NCBI GenBank assembly: GCA_045628045.1
Contig: JAZQOV010000006.1
Coordinates: forward strand, 150,006-214,005
Direction of reading: 5' to 3'
Source of the DNA: Bacilli bacterium
GTDB taxonomy: Bacteria; Bacillota_I; Bacilli_A; RFN20; CAG-826
DNA: 64,000 nt
A program made the position numbers and the translations under genes. The notes below the pieces were generated by a model that was given only the letters and a program-made list of their open reading frames with translations, was not told the DNA's origin and did no database searches. Positions within the stretch are counted from its first letter, which is position 1. Every line of letters starts with the position of its first letter. This document shows positions 1-11,864 of the stretch, in pieces.

Positions 1-73
1 AAAGATTATAAATCTTTCCATCACTAATAACTTTATAATTTCCACCAACTATTGATAAAACTTTTCCCTTCAT

Positions 74-925
74 TTAGAAAAACCTTTCAAAAAATGAGCG
101 CTTTATCTTTTTGCCTTGTTGGAAAAGCATAATGTCTTTTTTAAATTCAGCAGCGTTATGATACCTTTTTCCAGGATTTTTATTAACTGCTTTTAAAATT
201 ATATAATCCAAATTTTTATCAATTGAATTAACAATATCTGAAGGTAGCGGACATGCTTTTGAAACATGCGCTTCCGCTATTTCCTTTGTGGTTCCATCAA
301 ACGGAAGAATGCCTGTTATTAATTGAAAAAAAGTGACTCCTGCAGCATAAATATCCGAGAAAACCGAGAATTTTTTACTTGTTAACACTTCTGGAGCAAG
401 GTAATGAACTGACCCCATTATCTCATCTTCAACAGAAGTATCATTTTCTTTTTTTGCAATACCAAAATCACCAAGTTTTATTAATCCGTTTGGAAGATAA
501 AAAATGTTTTGTGGTTTAATATCTCGATGCAAAATTTTATGATTATGAATGCATTCAATTGCGTCCAATAATTGAATCATAATTTCACATGCTTCTTTCA
601 CGCTAAATTTAGTGTAAAACTCAAGTTTATCAAGTAAAGTTTGGCTCTTTAAATATTCTAAAACTAAGTAAGGTCTATTTTCCCAACGACCTTCTTCATA
701 AATAGACATAATATTAATATGTGACATGGTCACACTTGCTTTAATTTCCTTCTCAAAATCCTTAATTGCAGTTGGATTATCAAGTAACTCTTCTTTTAAA
801 ATTTTAAGAGCCACCACTTTTCCAAGAAATAAATCTTTGCATTCAAAAACGACGGCCATTCCGCCTGTTCCTAAATGTGACAAAACACTGTAGCGATTAT
901 CAATAATATCGCCTATTTTAATCAT
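74..925 (-). CDS. Ser/Thr protein kinase (StkP/PrkC-like catalytic domain only, no TM/PASTA)
   Basis: GTGGMAVV, HRDIKPQN, DFG, APE motifs; start re-placed at MIKIGD (ATG 925, overlapping the phosphatase stop). Confidence 0.92.
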   Translation of the reverse strand: MIKIGDIIDNRYSVLSHLGTGGMAVVFECKDLFLGKVVALKILKEELLDNPTAIKDFEKEIKASVTMSHINIMSIYEEGRWENRPYLVLEYLKSQTLLDKLEFYTKFSVKEACEIMIQLLDAIECIHNHKILHRDIKPQNIFYLPNGLIKLGDFGIAKKENDTSVEDEIMGSVHYLAPEVLTSKKFSVFSDIYAAGVTFFQLITGILPFDGTTKEIAEAHVSKACPLPSDIVNSIDKNLDYIILKAVNKNPGKRYHNAAEFKKDIMLFQQGKKIKRSFFERFF

Positions 926-1664
926 TCTTGTATGGCTCCCAAAGTGAAATGGCAATGTTGTCTGTTCCACCATTTGAATTAGCTACACCAATTAGGCTAC
1001 TAATCTTTTGATCTAATCTTTCCTGGCTAGAAAGCACAGAAGAAATTTGTTTATTTGTTGCGTTATTGTATAAGCCATCTGAGCATAAAAGTATGGTTTT
1101 TCTATTGTTTTTTAGTACTTTTAGCTCATAATCAACGCTCTTTTTCTGTCCGATAAAGTTCATAAGAGCATGGCGATCTTTTGAAGTGAGTTTTTCTTCT
1201 TCCTTAATTTCTTTGTAAGAAGCCAAATATTCAACATATGTTTGATCTCTTGTGATTTGTTTAGCATCTTCATTTATCAAGATGTAGCAACGAGAGTCAC
1301 CAATATTTGCAACATAAATTCTTTCTCTAAAGAAGATGGCTATGCATAATGTTGTGCCCATTCCTTTTAACGTATCGCTATCGTTAGCTTGGCTAAAAAC
1401 AGAAGAATTTATTGTTTTAATGATTTTGTCAATCCATTGTCTAACTTGGAAAGCAAAAATCCATTTTCTCTTAGTTTTAAAAGCATTTGAGACAATATCT
1501 GCAGCTATTTTGCTTGCAAAATCGCCTTTCATGTATCCGCCCATTCCATCGCATACGCAAAGAAGGACGTTTCCATCAGCGTCGATTAAAGATAGTGCTT
1601 TGTCTTCGTTAGAAGCACGCACTAATCCAATATCAGTTGCACTACCAAATCTTCCTTTAATCAT
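918..1664 (-). CDS. PP2C-family Ser/Thr phosphatase (Stp1/PrpC)
   Basis: RASNED, VCDGMGG, GDSR, SDGL, GGTDN motifs; adjacent to kinase. Confidence 0.93.
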   Translation of the reverse strand: MIKGRFGSATDIGLVRASNEDKALSLIDADGNVLLCVCDGMGGYMKGDFASKIAADIVSNAFKTKRKWIFAFQVRQWIDKIIKTINSSVFSQANDSDTLKGMGTTLCIAIFFRERIYVANIGDSRCYILINEDAKQITRDQTYVEYLASYKEIKEEEKLTSKDRHALMNFIGQKKSVDYELKVLKNNRKTILLCSDGLYNNATNKQISSVLSSQERLDQKISSLIGVANSNGGTDNIAISLWEPYKND

Positions 1665-2698
1665 TTTTTAAGTATTTCCTTTGCACGAAGTTGACCACAA
1701 GCGGCGTCAATATCGTTTCCAAATTCTTTTCTTACTGTGGTATTTACACCATGTTGCATCAAGTATGAGAAGAAATTATGAACATTTTTGTCTGAACTAC
1801 GTTTAAATGAATGCTCATCAACTGGGTTATATGGAATTAAGTTAATATAACTCATTGTTCCTTTCACTAACTTCACTAATTCTTGAGCACATTCAATTGA
1901 ATCATTAACTCCATCAAGCATGATGTATTCAAATGTAACTCTTCTGCCTGCTGTTTTTTCGTAATAACGAACAGCTTCCATAAGTTTATCCATAGGATAA
2001 GCTTTTGAAATTGGCATTAATTTATTTCTAATTTCATCATTTGGTGCATGTAATGAAATTGCAAGATTAGTTTGAAGACCTTCACTTGCATATTTCATAA
2101 TGCCTGGCACGAGTCCACATGTGGAAACACTTATGTGTCTTGCACCTATTGCGAGTGCCTTCGGGTGATTTACAATGCGTATAAAGTCCATAACATTGTC
2201 ATAATTGTCAAAAGGTTCGCCAGTTCCCATCACAACAATGTGAGAAACGTGTTCGCCCTTTTCTTCAAGGAGTTTGTTCATTACTAAAACTTGACCAACA
2301 ATTTCATGAACTTCTAGATTTCTCTTCTTTTTAAGAAGACCAGATGCGCAGAAAGCACAGCCCATGTTGCAACCAACTTGAGAAGTAACACAAATTGCGT
2401 TGCCATAATTATATGGCATTAAAGCTGTTTCAACCTTTGCACCATCTTCAAGTTCTAAAAGAAGTTTAATTGTTCCGTCTTTAGACACTTGTTTTTTATA
2501 GATTGTTGGAAGAGTTAATGAGAAATCTCTATTTAATTCTTCTCTGAATGTCTTTGAGACATCACTCATTTCATCAAAAGAACGTGCTTTCTTTTCATAA
2601 ATCCATGTGAAAAGTTGCGTGGCACGATATTTCTTTTGACCACGGTCCATTAATAGTTTTTCTAATTTATGAATTTCTTGACCGTATAAATTAATCAT
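1661..2698 (-). CDS. rlmN: 23S rRNA/tRNA m2A methyltransferase RlmN
   Basis: SQVGCNMGCAFC, MGTGEP, IDAACGQL. Confidence 0.96.
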   Translation of the reverse strand: MINLYGQEIHKLEKLLMDRGQKKYRATQLFTWIYEKKARSFDEMSDVSKTFREELNRDFSLTLPTIYKKQVSKDGTIKLLLELEDGAKVETALMPYNYGNAICVTSQVGCNMGCAFCASGLLKKKRNLEVHEIVGQVLVMNKLLEEKGEHVSHIVVMGTGEPFDNYDNVMDFIRIVNHPKALAIGARHISVSTCGLVPGIMKYASEGLQTNLAISLHAPNDEIRNKLMPISKAYPMDKLMEAVRYYEKTAGRRVTFEYIMLDGVNDSIECAQELVKLVKGTMSYINLIPYNPVDEHSFKRSSDKNVHNFFSYLMQHGVNTTVRKEFGNDIDAACGQLRAKEILKK

Positions 2699-2708
2699 AG
2701 ATTAATAA

Positions 2709-3254
2709 TTAGTTTTTATGATGCTCGCAGCAGCATTCTCCTTCTTCGTGATCGCATTCGCAATCACCATCGCAATCACATTCGTGATCATGGCAATGAC
2801 ATTCTTCTTTTTCTTTATAAATTTCGTCTAATTTTTCTTCCATACCTTTGAAAATGTTTCCTTCATAAAGTTCTTCGTCTTCATCACCATCTTCTACGTT
2901 TACAAGATTTTCATCAGTTATAAAACGTGGATATTCCTTATTGTGATATTCATATTCATGATGTGAATGGAAATATTCAAAAGTAATTTTTATGTTTATT
3001 GCGAATTCACATAGTGTTTTCAAAATATAAGAAGCGATTCTATCTTCCATTGGTTCATATTTTTCAGGTGCATCAACTTTGACAAGCGCTTGCCATGAAT
3101 TTTGATCTACACCATCATGAAAAACGTATGCATCAGATGCAACAAAAACAATTTCTTCTTTTGTTTCAAAAAGAGAAGTTAAGTTTGCTAAGTGCTCTCT
3201 GGAATAATGACCAATTGTGTATTGATCTAAACCATAAACTGTAATTGTAATCAT
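2709..3254 (-). CDS. Hypothetical protein, possible tautomerase/DUF1904-like N-domain plus acidic, Cys/His-rich C-terminal tail
   Basis: GGAG RBS, in operon gmk-X-rlmN; tail ECHCHDHECDCDGDCECDHEEGECCCEHH; fold guess is weak. Confidence 0.7.
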   Translation of the reverse strand: MITITVYGLDQYTIGHYSREHLANLTSLFETKEEIVFVASDAYVFHDGVDQNSWQALVKVDAPEKYEPMEDRIASYILKTLCEFAINIKITFEYFHSHHEYEYHNKEYPRFITDENLVNVEDGDEDEELYEGNIFKGMEEKLDEIYKEKEECHCHDHECDCDGDCECDHEEGECCCEHHKN

Positions 3255-3263
3255 AATTTACTC

Positions 3264-3836
3264 CTACATTTTTGCTTTAATAATTTGACGAATTTCATCG
3301 ACTGCGTCTTCTAATTTGTCATTAATGACAACGTGTTTATAAAGAGACTTATATTCAAGTTCTTTTGCTGCAGCAGAAACTCTATTTGCAATAACTTCTT
3401 CAGATTCGGTACCTCTGCCTCTTAATCTATTGGCGAGTTCTTCAACTGATGGAGGTGCAATAAATATTGAAATGACATCTGGTACCTTTTTAAATACGTT
3501 TGAAGCTCCTTTAACATCGATTTCGAGTAAAACGTTTTTACCATCATTTCTCATTTCTTCAACTTTATCTCTTGGGGTTCCATAGCAATTTCCTACGTAT
3601 TCTGCCCATTCAAGTAAGTTGTCATTTTCGACGTTTCTCATGAATTCGTCTCTAGTTACAAAGTAATATTCGCGGCCATTAACTTCACCGGGTCTCATGT
3701 TGCGGGTAGTCATCGAAACAGAATAAAAAAGATTGAGGCTTTTATCCTCCATCAACAATTCGCGAATTGTTCCTTTTCCGACTCCGCTCGGGCCAGACAT
3801 GATAAGCAAAAGGCCCTTTTTCTTATTATTTTCCAT
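3264..3836 (-). CDS. gmk: Guanylate kinase
   Basis: SGPSGVGKGT, SVSMTTR, GEVNGREYYF, YGTP. Confidence 0.96.
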   Translation of the reverse strand: MENNKKKGLLLIMSGPSGVGKGTIRELLMEDKSLNLFYSVSMTTRNMRPGEVNGREYYFVTRDEFMRNVENDNLLEWAEYVGNCYGTPRDKVEEMRNDGKNVLLEIDVKGASNVFKKVPDVISIFIAPPSVEELANRLRGRGTESEEVIANRVSAAAKELEYKSLYKHVVINDKLEDAVDEIRQIIKAKM

Positions 3837-3921
3837 GCTTTAATTATATTAAATTGAAAAAGTTCTTTCAATTAGATAATTATGCTTTCAATTTTATTGA
3901 ATTTTTCATTATAATAATTTT

Positions 3922-5277
3922 ATGAGAATTTCACATTCAAGTTACCAAAATTACATTAAAAAATTGTCCAAAGAAATTGAGGGTAAAACTTTGTTTTCAC
4001 CTATTTTAATTAATAATGAAACTTTGCTTTTTCCTTTTATGGATAATTACGAAAATTCTCTTGTTATTTCGCTTAACAATAGATGCCCATTAATTTATAA
4101 AATTAACTGTAACATATTCTTTAAATCTTTTGGGAATACTTTTTTAGCAAAATTTAAGAAGATATTTAACCGCACAATAATTTCGAATTTAAAGTTATCA
4201 GATAAAGATAACATTGTTACCTTCACTTTAACCTCGAACGAAAGTGACGAAGAAAGAAAATTCGTCGCAGAATTAATTCCTAACTGCCCAAATCTAATTG
4301 TTCTTAAAGATGAAAAGGTTGAAGATGTCTTCTATAAAAATAAGAATAGAGATTTATCTTTTGGTGCAGTTTATTCTGCACCACTTTCCCTTGATTCACT
4401 AGCGGGTGAGCAAGAAATAAATGAAGAATTTTTAAAACAACACTTCAAAACTGAAGATGAATTAAGATTTAAAGAAAAGTATGCTGAATTCATCAAATTT
4501 TTAAACACAAAAATTAAATCTGTGAATAAAAAAATCGCATCAATAAATAATGACCTCAAGAACGCTGATGAAAATAGAAAATATAAAGATTATGCAGATG
4601 AAATTTATACACTTGGTCTTGATTTGAAAAGCAATTTATCATCTGTTGAATTATCTTCTGGAATTATTAAGCTAGATCCATCAAAAACTTTGGGTGAAAA
4701 CGTCCAACTTTTCTATAAAAAATCAAAGAAGGCAAAAGAGACAAGAAATCACTTTGAAATAAATATACAAAATGCTCAAAAATCACTTGATGAATTTAAT
4801 AGAATTTTATCGGAATTTGAGAAGGCTGATGAGAAAGAAAAAGACAAAATTATGCAAGCCTTTTTCCCAGTAAATAAGAAGAGAGAAACGACAGAGACGA
4901 TTTTTAATCGTCCTTGGAAATATAATCTTAATGGAACTTACATTTATTTTGGAAAGAATGCTTCTCAAAATGACTATCTAAGTTTCGTTATGAAATTAGA
5001 TAAAGAATTTCCTTGGCTCCACATCAAGAATGTAAGTGGCTCACACCTTGTAATTTGCAATAGAAAACCTACTGAAAATGAGCTACTTTTCGCATGTGAA
5101 TTTGCATTACTTTGTTCTCACCAAAAAACAGGCGAAATTGTATGGACAAAAAAGAAAAATGTCCGTAGGGGACATGTTCTTGGGGAAGCAATAATTAAGA
5201 ATCAACAAACTATTAAATTAAATAGAATAAGAGAAGAAACAATTGTTGCTTTTAAAAATGCAGTTCGCGTTGATTAA
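3922..5277 (+). CDS. NFACT/RqcH (Rqc2, FbpA-like) ribosome quality-control family protein, shortened
   Basis: ENVQLFYKKSKK coiled coil, GKNASQND, WLHIKNVSGSHLVI NFACT-R motifs. Confidence 0.8.
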   Translation: MRISHSSYQNYIKKLSKEIEGKTLFSPILINNETLLFPFMDNYENSLVISLNNRCPLIYKINCNIFFKSFGNTFLAKFKKIFNRTIISNLKLSDKDNIVTFTLTSNESDEERKFVAELIPNCPNLIVLKDEKVEDVFYKNKNRDLSFGAVYSAPLSLDSLAGEQEINEEFLKQHFKTEDELRFKEKYAEFIKFLNTKIKSVNKKIASINNDLKNADENRKYKDYADEIYTLGLDLKSNLSSVELSSGIIKLDPSKTLGENVQLFYKKSKKAKETRNHFEINIQNAQKSLDEFNRILSEFEKADEKEKDKIMQAFFPVNKKRETTETIFNRPWKYNLNGTYIYFGKNASQNDYLSFVMKLDKEFPWLHIKNVSGSHLVICNRKPTENELLFACEFALLCSHQKTGEIVWTKKKNVRRGHVLGEAIIKNQQTIKLNRIREETIVAFKNAVRVD

Positions 5278-5774
5278 ATTGTGTATTTTTTAATCATGTC
5301 AAAACTTGCCAAATTTGGGAAATTTTGTTGACGTAAAATTTCATAAACCACAATTGAAACTGAATTCGAAAGATTTAAACTTCTTGCAGTTGAAATCATT
5401 GGAATTCTTAGGGTTGTTTCTTTATGTGCGCTTAATATTTCTTTATCAATTCCAGTAGACTCTCTACCAAACATCACATAAACGTCTTCAGTAGGATCAC
5501 TTAAATCAACTTTGCTATAAATATTAGCGCCATATTTAGTGACATAATAAATCTTTTTATCTTTGAATTTTTCAACAAATGATTCATAAGAATCATAATA
5601 ATCATATTTTGCATCTTTAATATAATCCATTCCTGCTCTTTGAACAGCCTTTTCAGACATGTCAAAAGGAATAGGACCAATAATGTGAACAAATGAATTT
5701 GTCGCCATTGCGGTTCTTAAAATGTTTCCTGTATTTTGAGGAATTTCAGGATGATACAAAATAATATGAATCAT
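5274..5774 (-). CDS. trmL: tRNA (cytidine/uridine-2'-O)-methyltransferase TrmL
   Basis: PEIPQNTGN, RAGMDY, FGRESTG, RSLNLSN. Confidence 0.93.
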   Translation of the reverse strand: MIHIILYHPEIPQNTGNILRTAMATNSFVHIIGPIPFDMSEKAVQRAGMDYIKDAKYDYYDSYESFVEKFKDKKIYYVTKYGANIYSKVDLSDPTEDVYVMFGRESTGIDKEILSAHKETTLRIPMISTARSLNLSNSVSIVVYEILRQQNFPNLASFDMIKKYTI

Positions 5775-5776
5775 TA

Positions 5777-6337
5777 TTATTCTTCTTTTCTATATTCAAG
5801 AACTGGATCAACACCGAATTTGTCAACGTAAGCTTTGATACATTTTTCAATAACTTCCATTGCGATTTGACGTCCTCTAATTCTATTAACAACTGTTTCT
5901 TTACCTTCTAGTTGTTTATAAACTTGGAAGAAGTGCTGAATTTCTTTTAAGATATGATCAGGAATTTGTTTAATATCTGTAAATGAGTTATAAACAGGGT
6001 CATTTTTAGCAATAGCTAAAATCTTAGCGTCTTTACTTCCACCATCAACCATCTCTAAAAGTCCAATTGGATAGCATTCAACTAAAGCAAGTGGAACGAT
6101 TGGTTCACTACAAATGACTAAAACGTCAAGTGCGTCACCATCGTCTGCTAAAGTCTTTGGAATAAATCCATAGTTATGTGGATAGTGGGTTGATGTGTAT
6201 AAAATACGATCAAGTTTTAAAGCTCCTGAATATTTATCCAATTCATATTTGTTTTTGGAGCCTTGTGGAATTTCAATACATGCTAAGAAATTCTCTGGTT
6301 TAATGTTGTCTGGGTTAACTCTGTGCCATAAATTCAT
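5777..6337 (-). CDS. ppa: Family I soluble inorganic pyrophosphatase
   Basis: KYELDK, YPHNYGFIPKT, DGDALDV motif; GGAGG RBS. Confidence 0.95.
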   Translation of the reverse strand: MNLWHRVNPDNIKPENFLACIEIPQGSKNKYELDKYSGALKLDRILYTSTHYPHNYGFIPKTLADDGDALDVLVICSEPIVPLALVECYPIGLLEMVDGGSKDAKILAIAKNDPVYNSFTDIKQIPDHILKEIQHFFQVYKQLEGKETVVNRIRGRQIAMEVIEKCIKAYVDKFGVDPVLEYRKEE

Positions 6338-6348
6338 GGTTTTACCTC

Positions 6349-6743
6349 CTAATAATTTATTGTCTCTAAACGAGCTAAAGCTCGTTGCAAAGCTAATTCT
6401 GCACGTTTAATATCAATATCTGGTCCTTTTTCTAAGAGTCGTTTTTCTGCTCTTTCTTTAGCAGCCTTAGCTCTTGCAGCATCGATATCTTTCGCATGTT
6501 CTATAGCATTAGTAATAACAGTAATTTTTTCTTTTGTAACGTTTATTGCTCCACCATGAACCGCGTAGTAAATCGTTTTGCCATTTTTTATAATGTGCAT
6601 TGATGCATAACTGAGCGATCCAATTAAAGGCATGTGACCACACAAAAAAGTTCTATAACCACTTGTTAATTTAATAGTTAAAGATTCAACCTTTTCGCTA
6701 AGGTAAATTCCTCTTGGAGTAATTATTTCTAGAGAAAATTCCA

Positions 6744-6744
<1 letters not shown>
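6349..6744 (-). CDS. atpC: F1 ATP synthase epsilon subunit
   Basis: LEIITP, GHMPLI, C-terminal helical hairpin; operon position. Confidence 0.93.
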
Positions 6745-8153
<1,409 letters not shown>

Positions 8154-8999
8154 TTATTTTTGTTGACCCGCTACAACTTCAATAATTTCTTGAGTAATTG
8201 CAGCTTGTCTTGCTTTATTAAATTCAATTGTTAATTTATCAATTAACTCATCAGCGTTATCATTAGCGTTTTCCATTGCGGTTCTTCTAGATGCTTGTTC
8301 GCTAACTTGTGACTCAATAAGTTTTTGATATAAAGAAGAAGTAAGTTCAATAGGCATAAGCTCTTCGATCAAGGTCTTAACATTCGGGTCGAAGATTGGA
8401 GCGTATCCAACATTTGACTTATTTTCTTCTTTTTTAACTGGGAAAAGAGTATAAAGAGTTGGTTCAAATCTAAGTGAATTTATATACTTTGTATATATAA
8501 CTTTGATTTGACGATATTTTCCTTTTATAAATTCAGAGTGTAAAAATCTTCCAAGTTTTACTACATCGTCATAATCAAGTTTGTCATTAAGTGAAACGAA
8601 CTCACTTATTACTTGGTAACCTTCTTTTGAATAATTTGTTTCTCCTTTTAAACCAATAGTTAAAAGAACTGATTCTTTCTTAGAAATGTTGCTAGTAACG
8701 AAGTTAAATACGTTTGAGTTATAAGAAGCACATAAACCCAGATTTGAGTTAATAACCACCACTAAATCTTTTTCGCCTTTTCCATTATGTAAGTATGGAA
8801 TTTCTTCACTTGCATCAAGCATAGCAAAAAGATCAGAAATGACTTTTTCCATTTCTTTTACAAAGAACTGGTTCTTTTCCATCACATTTTTAAACTTTTT
8901 TAGTTTAACTGTGGCAACTAGTTCCATTGCTTCAGTAATCTTTTTAGTGGATTTAACTGAAGCTATTCTTCTTTTTGTTTTGTTTAATGCCTGTGCCAT
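8154..8999 (-). CDS. atpG: F1 ATP synthase gamma subunit
   Basis: KITEAMELVA, NKARQAAITQEI. Confidence 0.97.
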   Translation of the reverse strand: MAQALNKTKRRIASVKSTKKITEAMELVATVKLKKFKNVMEKNQFFVKEMEKVISDLFAMLDASEEIPYLHNGKGEKDLVVVINSNLGLCASYNSNVFNFVTSNISKKESVLLTIGLKGETNYSKEGYQVISEFVSLNDKLDYDDVVKLGRFLHSEFIKGKYRQIKVIYTKYINSLRFEPTLYTLFPVKKEENKSNVGYAPIFDPNVKTLIEELMPIELTSSLYQKLIESQVSEQASRRTAMENANDNADELIDKLTIEFNKARQAAITQEIIEVVAGQQK

Positions 9000-9000
9000 A

Positions 9001-10506
9001 TTACTTTAATGTTTCAAAGAAAGATTTCATAACTTCGTGAAGCTTTGCTTCAAGAGTTTCTGAAATAACTTTCTTAGTGTTGATTTCTTTTAGAATTTCC
9101 TTATGAGATGAAGAAATGTGTGAATAAAGTTTATTTAAAACTTTGTGCATATCTTCAATCTTAATTTCTTCAAGATATCTATGTTTTGCTGCGAAAAGTT
9201 CAATAATTTGTCTATCAACTGGGTAGGTATCGTATTGAGCTTGTTTAAGAATTTCCATTAAGACTCCACCATGAGTCAAAACTTTCTTTGTATCAGCATC
9301 AAGATCACTTCCAAATTGAGAGAATGCTTGAAGTTCGCGGTAGTTCGCAAGTTCAATCTTTAAAGAACCTGCAACTTGTTTCATAGCTTTGAGTTGAGCA
9401 GCACTTCCAACACGGCTTACTGATAAGCCAGAGTCAATAGCAGGTCTTTGACCTGCGTTAAACAAATCTGTCATTAAGAAGATTTGTCCATCTGTAATAG
9501 AAATAACATTTGTTGGAATGTATGCTGAAATATCTCCAGCTTGAGTTTCGATAATTGGAAGTGCTGTAATTGAGCCACCACCATTTTCATCATTTAATTT
9601 ACATGCACGTTCAAGAAGTCTTGAATGTAAATAGAAGACATCTCCTGGGTAAGCTTCACGTCCACTTGGTCTCTTTAATAAGAGAGAAAGTGTACGATAC
9701 GCAACTGCGTGTTTAGATAAATCGTCAAAGACGATTAATGTATCTTTTCCTTGTTCTAACCATTCTTCTGCCATTGCCATACCTGAATAAGGGGCAAGGT
9801 AAAGAAGAGGGGCAAGTTCGCTAGCTGTAGCAGAAACAACAGTTGTGTATTCCATAGCGCCAGCTTTAGTGAGTTTATCAACAATTGATGCTACAGTGGA
9901 ATTCTTTTGTCCAATTGCAACATAAATACAGTTAACGTTTTGACCTTTTTGGTTAATGATTGTATCAACTGCTATAGCAGTTTTTCCGGTTTGTCTATCA
10001 CCAATGATGAGCTCTCTTTGACCACGTCCAATAGGAATCATAGCGTCGATAGCCTTAATACCTGTTTGCAAAGGCGTATCGACCGACTTTCTATAAATAA
10101 CACCTGGTGCAATTCTTTCGACTGGACGTGACTTTTTTGTTTTAATTTCGCCAAGTCCGTCAAGAGGTTGACCAAGAGCATTTACGACTCTGCCAAGGAG
10201 TGCATCACCAACAGGAACTTCGACAACTTTTTTGGTACGTTTGACAATGTCACCTTCTTTAATATCGGTGTCACTACCAAGTAAAACGCAACCAACATTT
10301 TCTTCTTCAAGGTTCATAACCATTCCGTAAACGGAAGAGTTAAATTCAACTAGTTCGCCTAGCATTGCTTTATCAAGACCATAAACCAAAGCAACACCAT
10401 CACCTACGGTAATAACAGTGCCAACGTCGTTAGAATCAACCTTGCTTTCGAAATCAGTAATTTGCTTTTTAATTAATGCAGAAATTTCTGAGGTTTTAAT
10501 TTTCAT
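9001..10506 (-). CDS. atpA: F1 ATP synthase alpha subunit
   Basis: [27 protein letters not shown]. Confidence 0.99.
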   Translation of the reverse strand: MKIKTSEISALIKKQITDFESKVDSNDVGTVITVGDGVALVYGLDKAMLGELVEFNSSVYGMVMNLEEENVGCVLLGSDTDIKEGDIVKRTKKVVEVPVGDALLGRVVNALGQPLDGLGEIKTKKSRPVERIAPGVIYRKSVDTPLQTGIKAIDAMIPIGRGQRELIIGDRQTGKTAIAVDTIINQKGQNVNCIYVAIGQKNSTVASIVDKLTKAGAMEYTTVVSATASELAPLLYLAPYSGMAMAEEWLEQGKDTLIVFDDLSKHAVAYRTLSLLLKRPSGREAYPGDVFYLHSRLLERACKLNDENGGGSITALPIIETQAGDISAYIPTNVISITDGQIFLMTDLFNAGQRPAIDSGLSVSRVGSAAQLKAMKQVAGSLKIELANYRELQAFSQFGSDLDADTKKVLTHGGVLMEILKQAQYDTYPVDRQIIELFAAKHRYLEEIKIEDMHKVLNKLYSHISSSHKEILKEINTKKVISETLEAKLHEVMKSFFETLK

Positions 10507-11048
10507 TAGCCGTTTCTCCTTTCTTTTAATTGTTCTTTCATTGTTTCAAGTTTGTACTTAATAGATCCATCAAAAACATGATCGTGAACAACAACCTTAA
10601 CACCACCAATAAGACGTGAATCAAGTTTGTTAGTTAATTCAACTTTTCTATGGAGTTTTTCGGAAATAACACGGGAAATCTCCAGTATTTTTGAATTTTC
10701 TAATGGTTCAGTTGAATAAACAAAACCTTCAAAAATATCAAGTTCAAAGTTGATACCTTTTGTTATTTCTTTAACGATATCTTTGTAAATGTGAATCTTG
10801 TGTTTAATGACTAAAAGTTTGATGAAGTTGGTGAAATTTTCTAAACCAAAAGATTTAGTTAATTCTTCAACAACTTTTTCTTTTTCATCATCTTTCAAAA
10901 AGTACGATTTGAGGAACTTAAATAATTCTGGATTTGCATCAAGAGTTTCTTTCACGCTTAAAACAGCAGACTTATAATCTTCGAGTCTACGTTCATCTTT
11001 AGCTATGCTAACAAGTGCGCTAGCGTATCTTGAGGCAATTTCGTTCAT
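10506..11048 (-). CDS. atpH: F1 ATP synthase delta subunit
   Basis: [19 protein letters not shown]. Confidence 0.95.
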   Translation of the reverse strand: MNEIASRYASALVSIAKDERRLEDYKSAVLSVKETLDANPELFKFLKSYFLKDDEKEKVVEELTKSFGLENFTNFIKLLVIKHKIHIYKDIVKEITKGINFELDIFEGFVYSTEPLENSKILEISRVISEKLHRKVELTNKLDSRLIGGVKVVVHDHVFDGSIKYKLETMKEQLKERRNG

Positions 11049-11623
11049 TATTTACCCTCTTTTAAATCATCGATGAAACTATCGATAAGTTTCTCGTTAT
11101 CTTTTTTAGTAACTTCTCTTTTGAGAACTTTACTAGATGCATCAATCGCGACCGAAACAATTTCGCGATGAATTTCATCTTTGCTTGCTTCAATTTCTTG
11201 AGCAATTTCGGCTTTAGCTTTTTCAACTTCAGCCTTTTTCTCTTGTTTTGCTTTTTCTAGGATTGCTTGTCTTTCGACATTTGCTTCTTCTTTAGCCTTT
11301 TCAACAATTCCTAAAGCTTCAATCTTCTTCTCTTTAATCTCGTTATTTGCGTTTTCTAAAAGTTTGGTTGCCTCTGCTTCTTTTGCTTCAGCATCCTTAA
11401 TTTTTCCTTCAACATAATCCCCACGCTTTTTAAGTAAATTCTTTACAGGTTTATATGCGAAGAAAAACACAACGAGAACAAGAAGAATAAAAGCGAGGAA
11501 CACTGCTAAAGCATCCCAAGGATTTGGGAATAATTTGTCTAAGAATTCATCTTTTTCAATTCCACAACTTGTAAGCACCACTGGAGCCCCAAGTAATGGA
11601 AGAAATTTGATAACTTTTTTCAT
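11048..11623 (-). CDS. atpF: Fo subunit b with an N-terminal lipoprotein signal
   Basis: GGAGG RBS at 11631-11635 supports start MKKVIK; LTSC lipobox, TM helix, YKPV...KR, coiled coil. Confidence 0.92.
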   Translation of the reverse strand: MKKVIKFLPLLGAPVVLTSCGIEKDEFLDKLFPNPWDALAVFLAFILLVLVVFFFAYKPVKNLLKKRGDYVEGKIKDAEAKEAEATKLLENANNEIKEKKIEALGIVEKAKEEANVERQAILEKAKQEKKAEVEKAKAEIAQEIEASKDEIHREIVSVAIDASSKVLKREVTKKDNEKLIDSFIDDLKEGK

Positions 11624-11636
11624 TAACAATCCTCCA

Positions 11637-11864
11637 TTACATAACAAAGATGATTAAAATTGAGATCAAAAGTGCATAAATACCACATGTTTCAACAAGG
11701 GCAGCACCAATGATCATGCTGGAACGTAATTTTCCATACATTTCAGGATTTCTAGCCATACCATCAATAGCCTTGGTTACAAGTAAACCTTCACCAATTG
11801 ATGAACATCCGGCTGAGAAAATAGCAATAGCTGCAGCAATTGCTCTTGCGCCTAAATCTGTCAT
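11637..11864 (-). CDS. atpE: Fo subunit c
   Basis: Hairpin with ARNPE loop and VETCGIY. Confidence 0.97.
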   Translation of the reverse strand: MTDLGARAIAAAIAIFSAGCSSIGEGLLVTKAIDGMARNPEMYGKLRSSMIIGAALVETCGIYALLISILIIFVM

